From contig CAZEID010000006.1 of the NCBI GenBank assembly GCA_964512075.1, positions 1,024 to 65,023 on the forward strand: a DNA stretch of 64,000 bases, written 5' to 3'. Source of the stretch: an uncultured Candidatus Saccharibacteria bacterium (GTDB lineage: Bacteria; Patescibacteriota; WWE3; 9FT-COMBO-53-11). The notes below the pieces were generated by a model. It saw only the letters and a program-made list of their open reading frames with translations. It did not search any database and was not told where the DNA came from. Made by a program: the position numbers and the translations under genes. Below, piece by piece: positions 7,781 to 18,308 of this stretch (position 1 is the stretch's first letter; every line of letters begins with the position of its first letter).

Positions 7781-8848
7781 TCAGCGCCAAGCGGCCCCGA
7801 CGGCTTTGAGGGAAAGGGCGATCTTTTGCTTGCTTGGATCCACTTCCAAAATTCGGGCTTCCACCTCATCCCCTTCCGCCAGGGGACCGGTGGTTTCGGT
7901 GACGTGAATCAGCCCCTCAATCCCCGGTTCCAGCTCCACGAACGCCCCGAAATCGGCGATTTTGGTCACTTTCCCTTTGACTTTAGCCCCGATCGGATAC
8001 TTTTCGGCGATTTTGCTCCAAGGGTTAGGAAGAGTTTGGCGGTGGGAGAGCACTACTCGCCCATCCTCCGGCGAGACCTCCACCACAGCGACCTTCAAAC
8101 TATCCCCGACCTTCACAACCTTAGTCGCATCGGCCACTTTCTCCCAGGAAAGCTCCGAAACGTGGACCATTCCCTCCAGGAAATCCTCGGTCTTAGCGGG
8201 ACGAAACTGGACGAAAGCGGCAAACGGCGTCACTGAAGTCACCACTCCCTCGTACTGCTCACCTTCCTTCACCTTGCTCAAAGCGTAAAGTTCCGCCGCT
8301 CTTTCTCCCTCGCTAAGAGCCTCCCGCTCAGAAAGGACTAAGCGATCCAAGTTTCGATCGAGCTCAATAATCTTAACCCTGACAATCTTTCCCCCCAGCT
8401 TTCCGGAGTTAGCCAGCATTTTATTCGCCAAAGAAAGGTGGGAAAAAGGGATAAATCCTCGGAGGGAACCCCAACGAGCGACCACTCCGCCCCGGTTCGG
8501 CCCCACAATCTCCACTTCCAGAACTCTCTCCTCGGCGTAGGCCTTCGCCGCTTCCCGCCAGTCCCGTTCCGCCTCCGCCTTCTTGAGAGAAAGCAACACT
8601 AACCCCCGGCTGTCTTCGGATTGGACCACGGTCGCCAACACTTTGTCCCCCATTTTCAATTTGGAGAAAGTTTCCGCTTCGTCCTCGAGCTCCCGCCCCA
8701 TCACAATTCCCTCGGACTTGGCCCCGATGTCTAAAATCAACTCCTCCCGGCTTTTGGCCAGAACGGTCCCTTCCACTACATCCCCGGGCCGAAGGCGTCT
8801 CACTTCGACCTTCGATTTCTCCAACAACTTACCCATATCTCCACTCAT
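7781..8848 (-). CDS. rpsA: 30S ribosomal protein S1 (4 S1 domains)
   Basis: Repeated S1 motifs (GDVVEGTV..DIGAKSEG; FGAFVELEPGIEGLIH). Confidence 0.92.
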   Translation of the reverse strand: MSGDMGKLLEKSKVEVRRLRPGDVVEGTVLAKSREELILDIGAKSEGIVMGRELEDEAETFSKLKMGDKVLATVVQSEDSRGLVLLSLKKAEAERDWREAAKAYAEERVLEVEIVGPNRGGVVARWGSLRGFIPFSHLSLANKMLANSGKLGGKIVRVKIIELDRNLDRLVLSEREALSEGERAAELYALSKVKEGEQYEGVVTSVTPFAAFVQFRPAKTEDFLEGMVHVSELSWEKVADATKVVKVGDSLKVAVVEVSPEDGRVVLSHRQTLPNPWSKIAEKYPIGAKVKGKVTKIADFGAFVELEPGIEGLIHVTETTGPLAEGDEVEARILEVDPSKQKIALSLKAVGAAWR

Positions 8849-8957
8849 AACAGTAAATTAGCCGCGATTAATACGCTAATAGTTGCTCGCGTCTAACGCT
8901 CGTAATTATAGCAGGCAAAGAAAGGGTGACTAGCCCAAAGACTAGCCACCCTCAAAA

Positions 8958-9701
8958 TCAAACTAACTCCGAGTAGCGCTCCTGGATCTCCCCGAGTCGC
9001 TGGAGCCGAATGGTCCCCTCGGGAACCTCATTAACCAGCTGACCATGGTCCCAAACCGAAGGGTGGGGAACAAAAACCGGCCGGTAACCGGCCCGCGCGG
9101 CCGGAACCAAGTCCGAACCAATCGAGTCCCCCACCATCACGAGGGGTTGGTCACGGTGGACTTTCCGGATCCGCCGAAGGGTCGGAAACTTGTCCCACTT
9201 AACCACGCGATACTCCCGTTGGCCGGGAAAGAACCGACCCAGATTATAACCTCGCCATTTCATCCACTGCACCACCGGATCGCCGGCAGTCACGCAGTAA
9301 AGAACGTCCCCCCGTCCCTGAAGAAACCGGAGGGTTTCCTCCGCCCCTGGAATCATTCCGCGACTCCGGTAAGTTTCCTCAGAGATCGCGGACATCCCGA
9401 TCTCCCACGTCCGGCGCTCCATCTCCGAGTCAACTTCCATCCCAAAGTGTTGGCAGATGGCTCGGTAGGCCTCTACCATTGACCCTGGCCAACGCTCCCG
9501 GTGCGCCCGCATCGTTTTGAAGCGCTCTTTGTCAATATCCCGAAGAAATTCAATGAACTTCAACAGGAACACTTCGTAGTGGGGAGCCTGATGCTCGAAG
9601 GCCGCAATAAAGGCCAGCCCCCAGCGCAGAACGGCCCGAGCGTAATCAACTCCCGAAGTAATCAGCGTTCCGTCAAGGTCAAAGACCCAAACGGCGCCCA
9701 T
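8958..9701 (-). CDS. HAD-superfamily hydrolase
   Basis: FDLDGTL motif I, MVGDSIGSDL motif IV; GGAGG SD. Confidence 0.88.
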   Translation of the reverse strand: MGAVWVFDLDGTLITSGVDYARAVLRWGLAFIAAFEHQAPHYEVFLLKFIEFLRDIDKERFKTMRAHRERWPGSMVEAYRAICQHFGMEVDSEMERRTWEIGMSAISEETYRSRGMIPGAEETLRFLQGRGDVLYCVTAGDPVVQWMKWRGYNLGRFFPGQREYRVVKWDKFPTLRRIRKVHRDQPLVMVGDSIGSDLVPAARAGYRPVFVPHPSVWDHGQLVNEVPEGTIRLQRLGEIQERYSELV

Positions 9702-9788
9702 GCCTCCTCCTTCCGCGAATTTAGTTACCTAAATTCTAGTGGGAGCAGTGAAAAAAGCAAGAGCCGTGTTAAACTAAAACCAAGAGAA

Positions 9789-9865
9789 GGGCGAATAGCT
9801 CAGCCGGTTAGAGCGCTGTCCTGATAAGACAGAGGTCCGTGGTTCGAATCCACGTTCGCCCACCA
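9789..9865 (+). tRNA. tRNA-Ile (GAT)
   Basis: GGGCGAA...TTCGCCC-ACCA, anticodon loop CT-GAT-AA. Confidence 0.96.
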
Positions 9866-9872
9866 TAGCATC

Positions 9873-9908
9873 AAAAAAACCTCCGGGAACGGAGGCTTTT
9901 TTGTTTTT
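9873..9908. terminator. Bidirectional intrinsic terminator between the convergent tRNA-Ile and 16S transcripts
   Basis: A7-CCTCCG-GGAA-CGGAGG-C-T6. Confidence 0.75.
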
Positions 9909-10127
9909 CTTAAGCAAGAGCAAGGAAGGAACTGGCCGGTGGTTTTTCCGCCAAGGGCGGGTCAGCCAGAGCTGATATAGCAAACCACCAAACTTAACCA
10001 ATGGGGTTTTAGCGTGAGGGCTAAAACCTAGCGTATCTTCCCTCATCTCCTTTTGGCCGGTTATGCCAAAAGGCCTTATCTTCCGCCAAAGAAAGGCGGA
10101 AGAACGGAAGCTACGAAGTAACTCCTT

Positions 10128-11694
<1,567 letters not shown>

Positions 11695-11978
11695 ACGCGA
11701 AGCGTTTATAGCTTGTGGCTAAAGGCAAAGCCTTTTGCTTTTCGCTTTTAGCTTCTTGCTAGTGCTTTCGCGCTGTGTTCCTTCCTTGCTCTTGCTCTTT
11801 ACTGAATTGTTGTTTCTTGACAGAAACACCACAGTGCTCCTTACGTGTTGCACTATGGTCTGGAAAAAATTTACTTGTTAAAGTTCTCGCGATCGGGGTG
11901 GAAATTAAAAAACCCCCGTGCGGGGGCCCCAAGGGTCTACAGAAAATTGTGATTTCCTATTCCCGCATCGCTGGTGTT

Positions 11979-12007
11979 AATTTAACCGGTCTGAACACAA
12001 AAGTCAA
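11979..12007 (-). promoter_or_regulatory. Putative 16S rRNA promoter TTGACT-17-TAAATT
   Basis: Sigma70-like boxes with a 17-nt spacer, about 285 nt upstream of the 16S 5' end. Confidence 0.6.
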
Positions 12008-12284
12008 GGGGGCCCCCAACTTCACCTCGGGAAGGACTAACGCCGATTAACTGGATCAAAAGCTCCCCAAACCGGCCTAAGGGCTGTCAAACAATAGTTC
12101 GGTTTTGCCAAAACAAAAGTTGACTAAACGCCAATCTCCTTTCTCCACGAAAAGGGATTAAAAATAAACAAGGTCGCAAAAACTACTCGCGGGGTAGCAA
12201 AGCTGGTAAGAAAACGCTTTTACTGGTTTGAAGATGTCTTAACAGTTGATACAGCAGCGTATAGTCCAGAATTAATTCTGGAAA

Positions 12285-13352
12285 CTACAGGACTGGCAAA
12301 CTTTTAATAATCGCCCCTCCCAAAACCTCATTCTGCTTGTAAAAAACGGCGGACTGACCAGGGGCAACCCCAAAAACAGGCTCTCGCAGAACCACCCTCC
12401 GACCCAAAAGCCGCGCTGGCAACAACTCCCCTAAATGCCGAATACGAACTTGCAAGCCGGGCAGTTTCGAGGTCCTATAGCTCCTGGAGATCCAATGCGG
12501 TTCACCAATCAAAAACTCTCGCACTTCCGCTTCTTTCCCCCGTCCCACAACCAAAGTGTTTGAGGGCACATCCTTGCCAACAACATAAAGCGGCAAACCA
12601 GTGGGATTAAAGATTTTAAAACCGTGGCGTTGACCCTCCGTGAAAAACCAAGCTCCGTCGTGTTCACCCACTACCTCACCCTTAGTATTGACCACGGCCC
12701 CCCGCCGAATTGGCAGATTCTGGCGCAGAAACTTGGCAATCGGAATCGGTCCAATGAAGCAAACCCCCATACTCTCCCTTCGGGAGTAATTTGGTAATCC
12801 GAACTTCCTTGCTAAGGAACGGACGGTCGCTTTTCGAAACTCTCCAACTGGAAACAAAATGTGTTCAAGCTGCCTCTCATTCAATCCGTAGAGGAAGTAG
12901 GACTGGTCCTTACTTTCATCGGCGCCGCGAAGAAGGTGAAAGCCATCTCTATCACGTCTAATCCGCGCATAATGACCCGTAGCAATGTAGTCAACGCGAA
13001 GATCCTTAAGCGCTTTTTTCATAAAAATCCCAAACTTAATTTCGCGATTGCAGACCACATCGGGGTTCGGCGTCCGGCCCGCCTGGTACTCCTCAAAAAA
13101 ATAACTTATAACTTTTTCTTGGTACTCCCGACGCAAGTCCCAAACTAGGAGGGGAATCTCCAGATGCTTAGCCACTCGCACCGCCGAAACCCGATCTTCC
13201 TTGGCCGTGCAGTAAGGACCCTCATCGTAGCAGTAGAGGTGGACCCCAATCACGTCGTAGCCCTGCTGCTTCAGCAAAGCGGCGGCCACCGCCGAATCCA
13301 CTCCTCCCGAAACTCCCACTGCCACCTTCGTTTCTCGGTTTTTTGCAGACAT
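12285..13352 (-). CDS. mnmA: tRNA 2-thiouridylase MnmA
   Basis: SGGVDS, GRTPNPDVVCN, ATGHYAR, KDQSYFL, GQSAVFY. Confidence 0.97.
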   Translation of the reverse strand: MSAKNRETKVAVGVSGGVDSAVAAALLKQQGYDVIGVHLYCYDEGPYCTAKEDRVSAVRVAKHLEIPLLVWDLRREYQEKVISYFFEEYQAGRTPNPDVVCNREIKFGIFMKKALKDLRVDYIATGHYARIRRDRDGFHLLRGADESKDQSYFLYGLNERQLEHILFPVGEFRKATVRSLARKFGLPNYSRRESMGVCFIGPIPIAKFLRQNLPIRRGAVVNTKGEVVGEHDGAWFFTEGQRHGFKIFNPTGLPLYVVGKDVPSNTLVVGRGKEAEVREFLIGEPHWISRSYRTSKLPGLQVRIRHLGELLPARLLGRRVVLREPVFGVAPGQSAVFYKQNEVLGGAIIKSLPVL

Positions 13353-13425
13353 ATTTTCAGAATATCACGCCCCCAAACCTGGAAAAAAGAAAAGGACTCC
13401 TGGAAAACCAAGAGTCCCAACCGGC

Positions 13426-13665
13426 CTATTCCGGCTCGGATTCAAACCCCCCGCCTCTAGGGAGAAAGGCCTCCTCTTCATCTTCGGAGAGATCAAAAAA
13501 AGAGAGGTTCAGAAGGACACCTGCGATTTGGGCGGCGGCCGCGGCCGCTCCTACCTTCAAATCATCCGCAAAGCTGTCCCGCGCAACCGCCGTCACATAG
13601 CGAAAAAGCCCTTCTAGGGTTGATCGGATCTCCCCCAAAGTCAACGGTCTCGGCTTCCTAGTCAT
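13426..13665 (-). CDS. Hypothetical protein (ORFan), acidic C-terminus
   Basis: ATGA overlap with the upstream ORF, GGAGGG SD, followed by a terminator. Confidence 0.65.
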   Translation of the reverse strand: MTRKPRPLTLGEIRSTLEGLFRYVTAVARDSFADDLKVGAAAAAAQIAGVLLNLSFFDLSEDEEEAFLPRGGGFESEPE

Positions 13666-14084
13666 GGCTCCCCTCCTGTGGTAAGCTCCTCCACCAACCC
13701 GGCCAAGCGGAAGACCCGCAGATGCCGAAAGATCCCCGTCGGCAAACTGAAGAAGCTATTTCCCGAGAAACTGATAATCTCTCCGTTCTCGGGAATGCAG
13801 AGCAGATCCGCATCCTTCAATTCCTGGAGAGCACGTTTCAGCCAGGGAGTTTCCAAAAAGGAGGCGGAAGAACTATCCGATTGGAAACGGGCAGCGGAAT
13901 CAATCAACTGGCGGTTTTGAGCCACAAAAATCAGATTGTCCAAGAAGAAAGACTCCACCAACGCCTCCCGCCCCCGCTCCCGATTCTGCTGGGCGGCAAT
14001 CCAAACCAGACCGAGCAGAGTCTCCTGGTGGGGAGAGAGGTACCAAGGCCGGTAGATCACCGTGCGGCCTTTCTCAAGAAACAT
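13662..14084 (-). CDS. Hypothetical protein (ORFan)
   Basis: AAAGGAG SD and TTGACT-17-TATAGT promoter upstream. Confidence 0.7.
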   Translation of the reverse strand: MFLEKGRTVIYRPWYLSPHQETLLGLVWIAAQQNRERGREALVESFFLDNLIFVAQNRQLIDSAARFQSDSSSASFLETPWLKRALQELKDADLLCIPENGEIISFSGNSFFSLPTGIFRHLRVFRLAGLVEELTTGGEP

Positions 14085-14151
14085 CGGCGTCTCTCCTTTC
14101 CGAAGTCAATGGTTGTTACCAACTATAAGGCAGGAGGAGAACCAAGTCAAA

Positions 14152-15108
14152 TTAGGAAACGGAAGGTTGCCGGCGTAAAAACTGGTAAACGCCTGTGGCC
14201 GCTCGAGCGCCGTCGGCCGCCGCGGTCACAATTTGCCGAAAGGGAATTGCCCCGGGAAGGCGAGCTAAGTCACCCGCTGCGAAAACCCCCGGAACGCTGG
14301 ATTGCATATTCGGATCAACCGTAACGTAACCGTTCGCATCTAGCTCCACCCCCAAGGAATCGGCGATGGCACTGGCCGGCACCAGGCCAATCTCAATAAA
14401 GATCCCTTGCACCTCGAGGGTATCGCTCCCCCGGTAGGGAGAAGAAAGTTTGACTCCGGAAACCGCTTCTTGGCCGATAATCCCCTCCACAGTGGTGTTC
14501 AAAATCTCTTCCACGTTCCCGAGAGAACGCATCTTGGCCAGTTCGTGGGGGGCCGCCCGGTACTGATCACTGCGGACAATGATGAAAACCTTTTCCGCAA
14601 AAGCGGCCAGATGGATCGCCGCCGTGACCGCCGAGTCTCCCCCGCCCACCACCGCCACGGTTTTATCCTTAAAGAACGGGGCGTCGCAGACGGCGCAGTA
14701 GGAGACGCCGCGTCCCACCAGCTCTTTCTCCCCTGGAACTTCCAGCTGGCGGTGGTGGGCCCCCAAGGCCAAAATCACGGTCCGGGTTCGGAACTCTTCA
14801 CCCCGATCGGTTTTTAGCGCAAAAACCCCCTCCTCCCGGCGCAACTCTTCCACGCGGCTAGGGAGAATCTGGACCCCGTAGGACTCCACGTGCTTTCTGA
14901 AGGCGGTGGCCAACTCCGGGCCCGAAACCGAAGGAAAACCGGGGTAATTCTCCACCGCGGAAGCATCCAAAAATTGTCCCCCTGGAACGATCCCGAAAAT
15001 TAGGTGGTTTAACTTATACCGGGAGAGATAGATCGAAGCCGCCATCCCGGCGGCGCCGGCTCCCACTACGATGCAATCGTAAACTATTCCTTTGGCGGAC
15101 TCCTTCAT
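14152..15108 (-). CDS. trxB: Thioredoxin reductase-like FAD oxidoreductase
   Basis: VVGAGAAG, GRGVSYCAVCD (CxxC), VVGGGDSA, GVFAAGD. Confidence 0.93.
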   Translation of the reverse strand: MKESAKGIVYDCIVVGAGAAGMAASIYLSRYKLNHLIFGIVPGGQFLDASAVENYPGFPSVSGPELATAFRKHVESYGVQILPSRVEELRREEGVFALKTDRGEEFRTRTVILALGAHHRQLEVPGEKELVGRGVSYCAVCDAPFFKDKTVAVVGGGDSAVTAAIHLAAFAEKVFIIVRSDQYRAAPHELAKMRSLGNVEEILNTTVEGIIGQEAVSGVKLSSPYRGSDTLEVQGIFIEIGLVPASAIADSLGVELDANGYVTVDPNMQSSVPGVFAAGDLARLPGAIPFRQIVTAAADGARAATGVYQFLRRQPSVS

Positions 15109-15179
15109 TGCTAACTAAACAGTAACAAAATTGACAATTCCCCCCACCCGGGAAGAACCGAATCTTGTAAAATGGCCCT

Positions 15180-15872
15180 GTGGAACAACCATTGCTAAAA
15201 GTTTCCCATCTCTCGGTAGGATTCGAACGGCATATCGTTCTGGAGGATATTAGTTTTGAGGTTCAGCCAGGAGAAACCCTCGCCGTCATTGGGCCCAATG
15301 GAGCTGGAAAGACCGTCCTCTTCCGCACCCTTTTGGGACTTCATCCCTATCAGGGGAAGATCGAGTGGCAACCGGGAGTCAAGATTGGTTACGTCCCTCA
15401 GCGGTTCTCATTAACCCCCGACCTTCCTCTCACGGTGAGAGAATTTCTCCAGCTCAAGAGCCGAAACCCTCGAGAAATTGAGGAAGAGTTGACTGGAGTG
15501 GGTTTCGAGAAAGGATTCCTGAAACATCCTCTCGGAGTTCTGTCAACGGGGCAGCAACAAAGGGTTCTGATCGCTTGGGCGCTACTGGGGAAGCCGAACT
15601 TGCTCCTTTTCGACGAGCCCACCTCCGGAGTGGACCCCGCCGGGGATGAAACGATCTACCATTTACTCCACAAACTCCAAACCCAGCGGGGATTGACAAT
15701 CATTCTTATCTCCCACGAGCTCCAGATTGTCTTCCAACACGCCACCAAAGTACTCTGTCTGAACAAGACTACGATGTGCTACGGCCCGCCGCGGCAAGCT
15801 CTCGATACTACCACTCTCGCGAAGTTATTCAGGGTAGAGACGAAACACCACCAAGGAGAGCACCGTGATTGA
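15180..15872 (+). CDS. znuC: Metal (Zn/Mn) ABC transporter ATP-binding subunit
   Basis: GPNGAGKT, IGYVPQ, LSTGQQQR, LLFDEP, SHEL. Confidence 0.88.
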   Translation: MEQPLLKVSHLSVGFERHIVLEDISFEVQPGETLAVIGPNGAGKTVLFRTLLGLHPYQGKIEWQPGVKIGYVPQRFSLTPDLPLTVREFLQLKSRNPREIEEELTGVGFEKGFLKHPLGVLSTGQQQRVLIAWALLGKPNLLLFDEPTSGVDPAGDETIYHLLHKLQTQRGLTIILISHELQIVFQHATKVLCLNKTTMCYGPPRQALDTTTLAKLFRVETKHHQGEHRD

Positions 15873-16647
15873 AACTAACCCTCTCTTTATTCTCTTGGTC
15901 GGAATCTTTGTGGGCGGGGCGGCCGGATTTATCGGCTCATTCATGGTATTAAAGCGGATGGCCCTCGTAGGGGACGCCTTCACCCACGTCGCTCTTCCCG
16001 GAATGGCGATCGCTCTGCTTCTGCAGCTCGACCCGATGACCGGGGCCTTCGCCGCCCTCACTCTCGCCGCCCTCGGAATCTGGTACCTTGAAGAAACCTC
16101 CCGCATTTACCCCGAGGCACTAGTGGGAATTTTCTTCGCGACAGCGCTCGCGATCGGAATTCTCATCACTCCCGAAACTGAATTACTGGAAACGCTGTTC
16201 GGAAGCATTGAGAAGATCAACCTTCTCGAGGGATTCTTAACCATCATTCTCGCCGTTCTTGTCTCCGCCAGCGGCTACCTAATCTCCAAGAAGTTGGTCC
16301 TGGGAATACTTTCGGAGGAGCTAGCGACCTCGGTGGGCATTTCCCGCAAAAAGATTAACCTAATCTACTTACTCTTAGTCGCGGTCACCGTAACCATTGG
16401 AATTCGCTTTGTGGGAACGCTATTGATGGGAGCCCTGGTAATTATCCCGGCCGCGAGCGCCAAGAACATTAGCACTAGCCTGGGCAGCTACTACCGACTC
16501 TCCATCCTATTTGGGATAGCCTCGGCTGCCGTAGGAGTCGGGATAGCTGCGACTTACGGCATCCTTTCGGGGCCGGCCGTAGTCCTAACCAGCACGTCCC
16601 TTTTCCTAGTCACCTTCGTCATCAAAAAACTGGTAGGAAGGGTTTAA
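15865..16647 (+). CDS. znuB: Metal (Zn/Mn) ABC transporter permease
   Basis: GDAFTHVALPG ABC-3 motif, multiple TM segments. Confidence 0.88.
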   Translation: MIETNPLFILLVGIFVGGAAGFIGSFMVLKRMALVGDAFTHVALPGMAIALLLQLDPMTGAFAALTLAALGIWYLEETSRIYPEALVGIFFATALAIGILITPETELLETLFGSIEKINLLEGFLTIILAVLVSASGYLISKKLVLGILSEELATSVGISRKKINLIYLLLVAVTVTIGIRFVGTLLMGALVIIPAASAKNISTSLGSYYRLSILFGIASAAVGVGIAATYGILSGPAVVLTSTSLFLVTFVIKKLVGRV

Positions 16648-16662
16648 GTACCGCCGCGGCTA

Positions 16663-18270
16663 TCAGTAGACCTCCTCCTTCTTCTCACGAGCAAAGCTAA
16701 TCCACTCTTCCAAAACCTCCAGTACTACTTGGAAGGGCGCTTCCACCAGTAGCGTAACAATCAAAGCTAGGACGTTGAAACGGGAAAGGCCGGCCGAGAT
16801 AATACTCCCCGCCCGGAGAAAAGGCAAGGCGAAAAAATCAAAAATCACGGTCCCAACCGTTTCTTTTCCTCCAACCATCACCAACTCCCGGGAGGACTCC
16901 CGCACCCGAAGCCCAAAATAGGTCACGATTGAAGTGTAGAAAAGAAAGAGCGCAACTGCGAAGGGAGTAAACCCCAGCCGAGTTAAATACAAGGAGACAA
17001 AACCAAAAATCGCAACAAAAGCGAGGAGATAAATTAGAAATAAAGTCAGGGCAATTCCCCCGCTCCGCCTTTTTACCTCCACCCGATTCTGCTCGGAAAA
17101 AACTCCCCGGCCGGCACCGTTGGGAGAAAAAATTGCCTCTTGAGCCGCGGCAACTACCCGCTCCTCGTTTTCCCGCTCCGGGGTACCTAGAGAAGAGGTC
17201 AGCAAGAAAAGCAGCAAGGGAGGAAAGAAGAAGTTAATCGCCAGGGGAACCAAGTGGACTTTTCCGTAAATAATTCGCTCCGCAGGAAGTTCCAGGGCAA
17301 AAGTTAAAAGAATTTTGGTTAGGAAGATATAAATCAAGGCGCGCGTCGTTGTAGTGGTTAACCGCTCCCGCTCGCGGGCCATTTTCCGCCGGTAGGAATC
17401 AGATACTTCTTGAGCCAATCGGGCACGGTTCTCCAAGATTCCAATCCCTGCGCGCTCCAAGGCATCTCGCAACATCACGAACGGGGAAGTGTAACGGCGT
17501 ACCAATGCCGAGAGCGCTCCGCCCAACCGGTAACTGGAGATCTTACTAATAGCCGCCTTAATCTGGGGCAAATTACTGATCACCTCCCCAATGTGAGCTT
17601 CTCCATTCGTCTTCCAATCCGGGTAGAAGAGTTCGAAGAGATTAAATTCCAACATCGCCCGATCCAGCTTAAGGAGATTGCGGTAAATCGCCACTTGGAG
17701 CTGAATCAAGGCATAGCGCTCATCCAGCTGAGGGTCGGAGAGAATGATGGCCTTCTTTAGATTTGCCAGCATCAAATCAGCCAGGGCATCCTCCCGAGTG
17801 GGCGGGGCAAAGAACTCTTCGATCTCCGAAGAAGCAAGCCGAATCACCAAAGCAAAATCGTCGTCAGTCGGGTTGAGCTCCCGCCCGTGCAAAACTTGGC
17901 GGTACTTCTCCAAAATTCGAACCACGTTCCCAACCACACTCTCCGGGTAGTAATCATTCTTGAGATAGCGGCCCCGGATTAACTCCTTCAGTAGTCCTTC
18001 CGCTACCAGCTGGGAATTAGATTCTGCCCGCAACCGGCGGGAGAGAATTCGCTCGATTGAAGCGCGGCGGAAAAGATGGGGCTCGGTATACTCCATTGCC
18101 CGCCGAACCCTTTCGTAGATGGAAGCTAAGGTAGCCACGGCATGCGGCACCTTAATCCGGGGACCCTCACCGAAAGTGGGTTCCAAATCTTGGGAGTAGG
18201 CCTGCGCTAAAGCTTGGACAGCGATCTGTCGCTCGGAACTGGAAGCGGCCGAATCTTCGCTACTGTGCAT
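16663..18270 (-). CDS. Hypothetical membrane protein (535 aa)
   Basis: Long ORF with helical N-terminal domain and C-terminal TM segments. Confidence 0.8.
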   Translation of the reverse strand: MHSSEDSAASSSERQIAVQALAQAYSQDLEPTFGEGPRIKVPHAVATLASIYERVRRAMEYTEPHLFRRASIERILSRRLRAESNSQLVAEGLLKELIRGRYLKNDYYPESVVGNVVRILEKYRQVLHGRELNPTDDDFALVIRLASSEIEEFFAPPTREDALADLMLANLKKAIILSDPQLDERYALIQLQVAIYRNLLKLDRAMLEFNLFELFYPDWKTNGEAHIGEVISNLPQIKAAISKISSYRLGGALSALVRRYTSPFVMLRDALERAGIGILENRARLAQEVSDSYRRKMARERERLTTTTTRALIYIFLTKILLTFALELPAERIIYGKVHLVPLAINFFFPPLLLFLLTSSLGTPERENEERVVAAAQEAIFSPNGAGRGVFSEQNRVEVKRRSGGIALTLFLIYLLAFVAIFGFVSLYLTRLGFTPFAVALFLFYTSIVTYFGLRVRESSRELVMVGGKETVGTVIFDFFALPFLRAGSIISAGLSRFNVLALIVTLLVEAPFQVVLEVLEEWISFAREKKEEVY

Positions 18271-18308
18271 CGCTGTCTATGATAACACGGCCGATCGGAA
18301 GCGGGGAT

